In this document: piece by piece, positions 1 through 6,477 of the stretch | Layout: each line of letters starts with the position of its first letter | Numbering within the stretch: position 1 is the stretch's first letter | From: Thermoplasmata archaeon | Lineage (GTDB): Archaea; Thermoplasmatota; Thermoplasmata; Lutacidiplasmatales; UBA184 | Assembly: GCA_028864975.1 (NCBI GenBank) | Contig: JAGWLG010000054.1 | Coordinates: 1-11,864 of the forward strand | DNA length: 11,864 nt | Direction of reading: 5' to 3' | The notes under the pieces: generated by a model | Told to the model about the DNA's origin: nothing | What the model saw: the letters and a program-made list of their open reading frames with translations, nothing else | The model's database searches: none | Program-made: the position numbers and the translations under genes

Positions 1-135
1 ATCGGGACCTTCTCGGTCCTGGGGGTCGCGACGCGGGTCAAGCAGCGTCGGATGGTCGCGATGCGGAACGTCTCCCAGGGCGCCCGCAGGGGCGCCCCCG
101 GCGGCGGGACCGCCTCCATCGGGGTGACCGAGTAG
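1..135 (+). CDS. Probable 3' end of an upstream gene (partial, unknown product): ...IGTFSVLGVATRVKQRRMVAMRNVSQGARRGAPGGGTASIGVTE*
   Basis: Frame 1 is open from base 1 to TAG at 133-135. Third positions are almost all G/C and first positions are G-rich. A minus-strand frame starting at ATG 119 or GTG 155 shares the same third positions, so the strand is not certain. Confidence 0.35.
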   Translation: MGTFSVLGVATRVKQRRMVAMRNVSQGARRGAPGGGTASIGVTE

Positions 136-157
136 ACGGCCCTCGGGATCGACACGC

Positions 158-176
158 CCGAAACCTTTACAATAGA
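158..176 (+). promoter_or_regulatory. Putative archaeal promoter (BRE + TATA-like) for rpoL
   Basis: AT-rich island CCGAAACCTTTACAATAG in GC-rich context, about 35 nt upstream of the rpoL ATG. This spacing fits a TATA box with a short leader. Confidence 0.55.
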
Positions 177-207
177 CGCCCCCTGGGTCGCTCTCCCGGA
201 GTCGCCC

Positions 208-501
208 ATGGCCATGGAGATCCAAGTCGTCGAGAACGAGAAAGACACCCTTCGCATCGCCTTGCCGAAGGGCGAAGAAACGATCCTGATCCCCCTGGTC
301 GAGTCGCTGCAGGCCGAGGAGAAGGTCGTGGAGGCCCGGTACTACGTCGGGCACCCCTTCCTCGACCGACCCACGCTCTATCTGAAGACGAAGGGCGAGA
401 AGCCTCAGGCGACCCTCAAACGGGTGCTCAAGGACCTCGCGGACACCTACGGCGATGCGCTCGCCGACTTCGACAAGAAAGCCGAGAAGGCCAAATCGTA
501 G
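208..501 (+). CDS. rpoL: DNA-directed RNA polymerase subunit Rpo11 (RpoL)
   Basis: 97 aa (start 208 or 214). It follows the Rpo11/RPB11 pattern: MEIQVVENEKDTLRI, GEETILIPL (cf. GEDHTL), ARYYVGHPFLDRPTLYLKT (cf. Y..HP....P.L.I.T), then a C-terminal helix. Confidence 0.93.
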   Translation: MAMEIQVVENEKDTLRIALPKGEETILIPLVESLQAEEKVVEARYYVGHPFLDRPTLYLKTKGEKPQATLKRVLKDLADTYGDALADFDKKAEKAKS

Positions 502-554
502 GCGGCAGACCGTTCGTCGCCCCGGGGGAGAGAGGAGGAGCCTTGGAGCCGACG

Positions 555-1262
555 ATGCTCAAGGAATGCGTCCAGCACGGCTACTTCCGCGGCAAGAGCT
601 GCCCCGTTTGCGGTGACGAGGCCAGGTTCTTCATGGACGAGCGAGAGCTCGACCACATCGCCCGCATCCTCGCGGGCATCTTGCGGCACTTCCCTCAGCG
701 GTATGGGATCCCGCTCGACCCTCACGGCTGGGTGCCGATCCCTCGCCTCGTCCAGGCGATACGTTCCCAGCATCGCTCCTACGGCTGGCTCAAGCCCCAC
801 CATATCGTAGCGCTCGCAGAGACGGACCCCAAGGGTCGCTACGAGATCCGCGAGGAGCGGATCCGCGCTACCTACGGCCACACCGTGGACGTCGACCTTG
901 ACCTCCCGACCGACCACATCCCCGAAGCGCTCTATTATCCCGTGACCCAGGAGGAGGCGAGCGTGGTGCTGGAGATCGGGCTTCGCCCGACCGACCGCAA
1001 GAAGGTGCACCTCTCCAAGACCGCCGTCGACGCTTACCACGCGGGACGGGTCCGGACCCCGACCCCCGTGATCCTCGAGGTCGACACTCAAAAGGCGCAG
1101 AACGACGGGCTGGTCATCCGCCGGGCAGGAAAGACCGTCTTCCTCGTTGACCAGGTCCCTTCCAACGTGCTCCGGCGGTACGATGGCGAGCTCCCCAGCT
1201 TGCCCGAGGAGGAGACGAGGGTCGCCCCCGCTCCCCACCACGGTTCGAGGAGCGGCGACTAA
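555..1262 (+). CDS. kptA: RNA 2'-phosphotransferase, Tpt1/KptA family, with N-terminal CxxH-CxxC zinc finger
   Basis: Motifs LRHFP, LDPHGWV, KGRYE..RIRATYGHT, DRKKVHLS, VILEVD, GKTVFLVDQVP. N-terminus is CVQH..CPVC. ATG at 555; alternative TTG at 543 follows GGAGGAG at 534-540. Confidence 0.93.
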   Translation: MLKECVQHGYFRGKSCPVCGDEARFFMDERELDHIARILAGILRHFPQRYGIPLDPHGWVPIPRLVQAIRSQHRSYGWLKPHHIVALAETDPKGRYEIREERIRATYGHTVDVDLDLPTDHIPEALYYPVTQEEASVVLEIGLRPTDRKKVHLSKTAVDAYHAGRVRTPTPVILEVDTQKAQNDGLVIRRAGKTVFLVDQVPSNVLRRYDGELPSLPEEETRVAPAPHHGSRSGD

Positions 1263-1332
1263 CCTCCCTGAACGGGGGGGCCCGCGACCCGTTGACGAGG
1301 GACCGACGGTTGAAGAAGGAGCACCTTCTGGG

Positions 1333-2133
1333 GTGGATGGGAGCACTTCGGTGTACGAGCGACCCAGGGCCTACACCCCGGAGGACCGCATTCTCCGATT
1401 CGCGTTCACGCATTCCTCTCGGTTCCCCAAAGGGATCCCGACGGACCGTTTCCTCCGTCATTTGAAAGGGGACTTGACGGGCATCAACTTCGCTCAGCTC
1501 GAGACCGGGCTGCGCAAGCTGGAGGCCGAGGGTGCGGTCCGACGCGATTGGGACACCCCCGGTGATTATCGGGTCTTCGTGACCGAGGCGGGGGCAGCTC
1601 GAGCGAAGGTGCTGGAGGGCCGGACCCCTCGGGCGCCTCCCCCGATGGACGTGGCTCGCGCCGCCCCCGCTCCGGTGACCGTTCCTCCCGCTCAAGCTCC
1701 CGCTCAACATCCATGGACCCCGCCCCCACCCGCGTCCTCCGCCCCTCCGCCCTCGAGCACCGCCCCTGCTCCGGGGCCCTCGGTTCCCGCACCCCCACCG
1801 TACGAAGCGGCCCCGACTGCACCGCCGGACGTTCCTCCTCCCGCTGTCCCGACCGAGATCCCTCCGGAAACCACCTGGGCGACACTGGGCACCGAGGGGA
1901 GCACGGCAGAACCCTCCGACCTCCACGCCCAGATCGACGAGCTCCGTCAGGCGCTCGCCGATTCCCGCGAGAAACACGCTCTCGACCGGGAGACCCTCGA
2001 GGAGGTTCTTCATCAGATGGAGGTCCAGGCGGAGCGGATCTCCATGCTCGAGGAGGCCCTGAGGAAGGCGAGTTCCTCCTCGGCATCCTCAGAGAGCTCC
2101 GCAGCTTCCGAAGCCCCTCCCGAGAACCCCTGA
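1333..2133 (+). CDS. Hypothetical protein: N-terminal winged-helix-like domain, Pro-rich linker, C-terminal coiled coil, Ser-rich tail
   Basis: Frame 1 is open with coding-like GC3 and fills the gap between kptA and the next gene. The segment QLETGLRKLEAEGAVRR..YRVFVTEAG resembles a wHTH recognition helix plus wing. Start is GTG 1333 (AAGGAG at 1316-1321) or GTG 1351; the 1147 start in the track overlaps kptA and is unlikely. Confidence 0.7.
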   Translation: MDGSTSVYERPRAYTPEDRILRFAFTHSSRFPKGIPTDRFLRHLKGDLTGINFAQLETGLRKLEAEGAVRRDWDTPGDYRVFVTEAGAARAKVLEGRTPRAPPPMDVARAAPAPVTVPPAQAPAQHPWTPPPPASSAPPPSSTAPAPGPSVPAPPPYEAAPTAPPDVPPPAVPTEIPPETTWATLGTEGSTAEPSDLHAQIDELRQALADSREKHALDRETLEEVLHQMEVQAERISMLEEALRKASSSSASSESSAASEAPPENP

Positions 2134-2170
2134 TCCCTCCCCGGGAGGTTGGTCGGGTCCCTATCTCCCC

Positions 2171-3430
2171 ATGACCGCGGATCCTCCCTCTTCCGGCACG
2201 CTCTCCGCGGCCACCCCCTCGCAGGAGCTCCCTCCGACGTTCGACCCTCGAGAGGGACGTGTGCTCATCCTCGGAGGGGGGTACGCGGGGGTCGCGACCG
2301 CCCGGTGCCTGCTGCGCAGGGGGTATCCCGCGAGCAAGATCCACCTCGTCGACAAGGAGCCCGCCACGACCTTCCGCACCGAGCTCTACAAGGTGGGGGA
2401 GGCGGCGGGGGGCCCGGAGGTCGTCCCTCCCTGGACCTTCCCGTTCGACCGGGTGGCCCTGACCAGCGCGGGGGTCCGGTTCCATCAGGGGGAGGTCCTT
2501 CGCGTCGATCTGGCGGCTCGCGAGGTGGAAACGCCCTCCGAGAAGGCCCCCTACGACCTCCTGGTCCTGTCGCTTGGATGCATCCCGGCCTACTACGGCA
2601 TCCCGGGTTGCCAGGAGAACAGCGAAGAGGTCTACACCGTCGCGGGCGCTCGGCATCTCGCCCAGCGCTTGTCCAAGCTCCTGACCGCTCCCCCTGACCC
2701 CTCGGACGCGAGGGCGGTGATCCCCCCCGTGTCGGTGCTCATCGCGGGAGGAGGAGCGACCGGTGTGGAGCTCGGCGCCCACATCGCGACCGCGCCGTGG
2801 GGGTCCCTGCTGGGCGCATCGACCCGCCCGGTGAAGGTGACCGTGCTGTCTGGCCCCGCCCCCTTCCTCGCAGGTCTACCCGAACGCCTTGTGGAGCGAG
2901 CCCGGCGGGAGGTGGCCAGGGCCGGGGTCGAGGTCGTGGATGGAGGCCAGGTGATCTCCGTCTCACCGGGGAAGGTGACGTTCAAGGACCTCCCCCCCCG
3001 GGAACCTGACCTCTTCGTTTGGTGCGGTGGCCTTCGAGCGCCGGACCTCATCGCGTCCCTTCCCGTGGCCCTCGGCCCCGCGAGGCGCGCGAGGGTCACG
3101 CCCTTCTTGGAGGTCGAAGGGCATCCAGGGGTATTCGCGCTGGGCGATTGCGCCGCGATGCTGGATCCGTACGACGGATCGCCCGTCCCCAGCACGGCCC
3201 AGGCCGCCCTCGAGCAAGCCCCCGTCGCAGCCCGGAACATCTTGGCCAGGATCCGGGGGACGAAGTTCCAGATCTTCCACTACGAGCCGCGTGGCGTGGC
3301 CATCGCCGTAGGCAGGGGGAAGGCGGTCGCCGCCGTGGGGAAGCGCGTCGTGGGAGGGCGCCTTGCAGGGACCATCAAGTCGCTGGTCGCGAAGGAGTAT
3401 CACGCTGAGGTTCGGGGGGTCTTGGCATGA
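2171..3430 (+). CDS. NAD(P)/FAD-dependent oxidoreductase, type II NADH dehydrogenase (NDH-2)-like
   Basis: 419 aa. First Rossmann motif VLILGGGYAG, then YDLLVLSLG, second Rossmann motif IAGGGATGVELG, FALGDCA, and a quinone-site-like PSTAQAALEQA. Confidence 0.88.
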   Translation: MTADPPSSGTLSAATPSQELPPTFDPREGRVLILGGGYAGVATARCLLRRGYPASKIHLVDKEPATTFRTELYKVGEAAGGPEVVPPWTFPFDRVALTSAGVRFHQGEVLRVDLAAREVETPSEKAPYDLLVLSLGCIPAYYGIPGCQENSEEVYTVAGARHLAQRLSKLLTAPPDPSDARAVIPPVSVLIAGGGATGVELGAHIATAPWGSLLGASTRPVKVTVLSGPAPFLAGLPERLVERARREVARAGVEVVDGGQVISVSPGKVTFKDLPPREPDLFVWCGGLRAPDLIASLPVALGPARRARVTPFLEVEGHPGVFALGDCAAMLDPYDGSPVPSTAQAALEQAPVAARNILARIRGTKFQIFHYEPRGVAIAVGRGKAVAAVGKRVVGGRLAGTIKSLVAKEYHAEVRGVLA

Positions 3431-4065
3431 CCATGCCCGCGACACCCGAGCCCCCGCGGACCGCGGAGGCCTGTCCGGTCTGTCAAATCACCCCGATGCA
3501 CTCGCGAACCGGCACAAAGACCGCGGCTCCCTCGCGCCGGTGTCGGAGGTGCCGTGCCGAGTTCCGAGAGGGAACCGATGGCCGATGGACGCTGACATAT
3601 CTTCACCCTGACTGGCTTGAGCGATTGCTCGCTCGGACCCCCGGAGCAGGGAGCCCATTGCTCCAGGCCCGGACCTGGACCGAATGGGAGAGCTCACCTG
3701 TGGCTCCCAGGCAGAAAGAGAGCACCGCGGCGACGGAGAGGCTCGGTGTCCCTCACGGGCTCGTGGCCGGAGAGACCCTACGTTCGGTCTTCGGGCCGGC
3801 GCGGGTCGTCCTCCCTCACACGCACAATCCCTTCCATGGACGTGGGCCATCCGGGGCGGCCTGGCTCACGAACCGGACCCTGCGGATCGAGGTCGGGAGC
3901 TTCCGATGGACCGCCGCGCTGATCGACATCACCTCGGCCCGCGACGCCGGAGGGATCGTAGAGGTGACGACGAAAGGGACGGAGGAACCTCTGCACCTTC
4001 TGGTCCCGGACGCGATGCGAGTGGCGGCGGAGATCGAGTCGGTACGGCGGGAGAAGGGGTCGTGA
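3427..4065 (+). CDS. Hypothetical protein: N-terminal zinc ribbon (CPVC-x19-CRRC) and C-terminal PH-like domain
   Basis: 212 aa. ATGA overlap with the upstream stop. Two CxxC pairs. The C-terminal pattern GAAWLTNRTLRI..LIDITSA..IVEVTT..LHLLVPDAMRVAAEI fits a PH-fold beta-sandwich with terminal helix. Confidence 0.68.
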   Translation: MTMPATPEPPRTAEACPVCQITPMHSRTGTKTAAPSRRCRRCRAEFREGTDGRWTLTYLHPDWLERLLARTPGAGSPLLQARTWTEWESSPVAPRQKESTAATERLGVPHGLVAGETLRSVFGPARVVLPHTHNPFHGRGPSGAAWLTNRTLRIEVGSFRWTAALIDITSARDAGGIVEVTTKGTEEPLHLLVPDAMRVAAEIESVRREKGS

Positions 4066-4243
4066 AAGGTTACGATCTCCTCGGCCCCGGGGCGACCGCC
4101 GCGGGAAGCTCATCCTACCAAGGCAGACCTCAGCGCCTTCGCCCTGAGCTCAGCTGGGGGCACGTTCCCTTCGGCCCTACCCCGCCTTGCCCCGAAGCTC
4201 GCAGTCGACGGCTCCAACTCCGGCCGTAGGAGCGGGTGGCGCC

Positions 4244-5509
4244 TTGGCGAGACCTCTCGATGTTCGCCGGGCGCCGGGGGAGGAGGTCTCTCGTGACCAG
4301 CTGGTCCTCACGGTCACCCGTGCGCTGCGGGGATTCGCCTCCGGGGCGCTTGCGGTCTCGCTCGGGTTCGAGCTTCCGCGCGTACCCTACGCCCTCTGGC
4401 AGATCGGGCTCTTCCTAGGCGTCGCGATGGCGGCGGCCGCGGCGTGGGCCCTACTGGTCCCGCGGGGCGCGGTCCGGCTCTCCCGACGGATGCTCTTCTT
4501 GCTGGGCGCCCTGTCGGTGAGCGCCGGAGGTTTCCTCCTCTGGTTCGACCTCGCCAACCCGGGGATCCTCTTGGTCGCGTTATTGCTCGGAGGGATCGTC
4601 GCCGGAGGGAGCGACATCAGCCCTCTGGCCTCGCTCGAGCAGGGCGCGCTCTCGCAGTCCGTGGCCCATCATGGGCGGACCCGGCTCTTCTCTTTCTACA
4701 ACCTCGCAGGCTATCTTGGGACCGCCATCGGGGCGGCGGTCGCGGGGCCCCTGCTAGCGGTAGCGTGGGTCCCCTCCGCTTTCCCATGGAGCCCGCGCGA
4801 TGGCGCGCTCCTCCTCTACGGAGTCGTCGGCCTCCTCCTCGTACCTTCGTACCTTGCCCTCTCCCGGGAGGATGCGCGGGGGGACCGTGGCCCGGTCATC
4901 CGTCCGCTCTCCCAGGAGCACCGACGCCCGGTGCTCGAGCTCTCAGGCCTCTTCACCGTCGATGCGTTCGGAGGCGGGCTCATCGCGAACACGCTCGTGG
5001 TCCTATTCCTGAGCTCGCGCTTCGCCGCCCCCGCGGAAACCATCGGGATCGTCCTCTCGCTCGCAAACCTCGCGGCCGCCTTCTCCCTGGCCCTCGCCGC
5101 TCCGCTCGCCCGCCGGTTCGGGCTCGTCAAGACCATGGTCTTCACCCACATCCCGTCGAGCGCGCTGCTGATCCTCTTCGCCTTCGCCCCGACGCTCCTC
5201 TTGGCCGCATCCCTGTGGGTGGCTCGTGCGTCGCTCTCCCAGATGGACGTGCCGACTCGCCAATCGTACACCCAGGCGATCGTCCCCAAGGACGAGGGGT
5301 CGGCTGCCGCCGGATACACGACCGCCGCCCGGAGCGCCCAGGCCCTCGGGGGCCCGGTTTCCGGTGCGCTCCTCAGTGCGGGGGGGCCCTGGCTCTCGGC
5401 CCCCTTTGCCCTTGCGGGGGCGGTCAAGATCGCGTACGATGTCGCGCTCTACGGTCGTTTCCGGGATCTACGCCCTCCGGAGGAGAGGGTTGGCGAGGCG
5501 CCACCGTAA
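4244..5509 (+). CDS. Major facilitator superfamily transporter, substrate unknown
   Basis: About 12 hydrophobic segments. Family-like motifs RALRGFASG, LEQGAL, FTVDAFGGG, ARRFGLVKTMVFTHIPS, QMDVPTRQSY. Start is TTG 4244 (AGGAG/GGTG upstream) or TTG 4187. Confidence 0.88.
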   Translation: MARPLDVRRAPGEEVSRDQLVLTVTRALRGFASGALAVSLGFELPRVPYALWQIGLFLGVAMAAAAAWALLVPRGAVRLSRRMLFLLGALSVSAGGFLLWFDLANPGILLVALLLGGIVAGGSDISPLASLEQGALSQSVAHHGRTRLFSFYNLAGYLGTAIGAAVAGPLLAVAWVPSAFPWSPRDGALLLYGVVGLLLVPSYLALSREDARGDRGPVIRPLSQEHRRPVLELSGLFTVDAFGGGLIANTLVVLFLSSRFAAPAETIGIVLSLANLAAAFSLALAAPLARRFGLVKTMVFTHIPSSALLILFAFAPTLLLAASLWVARASLSQMDVPTRQSYTQAIVPKDEGSAAAGYTTAARSAQALGGPVSGALLSAGGPWLSAPFALAGAVKIAYDVALYGRFRDLRPPEERVGEAPP

Positions 5510-5649
5510 GCGCGTGACCCTCCGAACTCTACCCGATAGCGACTCACCGCGAGTTCTTCATCCTAGGGCCCTTTCCTTCCCTAGTCTCGACGACTATTCG
5601 TCGGGACCGCGTAGGGCTGGGCGAGACACACCCCGGGAGATCGAGGAAG

Positions 5650-6462
5650 ATGGCGAGCTCGGAGGAGCAGGTCCAGATCGCCTCGGACGATGGAGCGAGG
5701 ATCTCGCTGTGGAAGATCGGTTCGGGTCCACCCCTCCTGTTGATCCACGATACGGCCGAGGACCACACGCGCTGGAGGCCTCTCTACGGTTCGCTCGCCT
5801 CCAAGTTCACGATCCTCGCCATGGACCGGCGCGGGCGAGGGGGAAGCACGGACGGACCCACCTACGATTACCGCCGTGAGTTCGAGGACGTGTCCGAGGT
5901 GCTCTCCCAGCTCGGCCAGGACGTGAACCTTCTCGGGCTCGGCTGGGGCGCGATCTGTGCCCTGGGCGCGGTCCGCCGGGTCCCTGCGACCTGCGTCCGT
6001 CGGCTCGTCCTCTACGAGCCCCCCATCCCCGTGGACGAGGGACCTTCCAAGGTCCCCCCCTTCGTCATCGAGCGACTTCAAGGGATGCTCGCGGGAGGCG
6101 ACCGGGACCGGGTCGTGAGCCTCTACCTGACCGAGGTCGCGCAGATGAACGGCGCGGAGCTCGAGGAGGAGAAGACCCGCACGGCGTGGCGGGGGCGCGT
6201 GGGGGCGGCGCGGACCATCCCTCGGGAGCTCCGAGCTCGCAACGACTTCCGCCTGGATGTGGACGCCTACCGCGAGCTCACGACCCCGACCCTCCTGTTG
6301 GAGGGGGCGATGAGCCCGGACCAACTCCGAAGGGGGACGGCCTGGCTCCACCAGGTGCTCGCTTCGAGCCGGGTCACGAGCCTCCCGGGGCAGAAACACG
6401 TCGCGATGGATCAGGCGCCTGACGTGTTCCTGGGACAGGTCGTCTCGTTCCTCCAGGGCTAG
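5650..6462 (+). CDS. Alpha/beta-hydrolase fold protein with a degenerate nucleophile elbow
   Basis: 270 aa. GSGPPLLLIH, AMDRRGRGGS, RRLVLYEPP, PTLLLEG and GQKHVAM give a clear abhydrolase fold. The elbow reads GLGWG instead of GxSxG. Confidence 0.88.
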   Translation: MASSEEQVQIASDDGARISLWKIGSGPPLLLIHDTAEDHTRWRPLYGSLASKFTILAMDRRGRGGSTDGPTYDYRREFEDVSEVLSQLGQDVNLLGLGWGAICALGAVRRVPATCVRRLVLYEPPIPVDEGPSKVPPFVIERLQGMLAGGDRDRVVSLYLTEVAQMNGAELEEEKTRTAWRGRVGAARTIPRELRARNDFRLDVDAYRELTTPTLLLEGAMSPDQLRRGTAWLHQVLASSRVTSLPGQKHVAMDQAPDVFLGQVVSFLQG

Positions 6463-6477
6463 CCCCGAGGATGCGGA

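Noticed and set aside
1147-1332. N-terminal extension of the Pro-rich ORF overlapping kptA by more than 100 nt
   Set aside because: The overlapped region encodes the conserved KptA C-terminus, and GTG starts with SD-like sites exist at 1333 and 1351.
447-2782. Long minus-strand ORFs 447..1346, 1114..2013 and 1484..2782
   Set aside because: They are antisense shadows of well-supported + strand genes. The products are Arg/Gly/Pro-rich with no motifs, and stop codons are rare at this GC content.
4062-4229. 55-aa ORF starting at a GTGA overlap with the Zn-ribbon gene stop
   Set aside because: Weak GC3 bias and no motif. It also overlaps the MFS frame if that gene starts at 4187.
4066-4243. Possible TPP riboswitch or other structured RNA upstream of the MFS (CTGAG motifs, palindrome CTGAGCTCAG at 4144-4153)
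   Set aside because: The rest of the TPP consensus (UGAGA..ACCC, CCUGA..UAAU..CG.AGG) is absent on both strands, and short palindromes are expected by chance.
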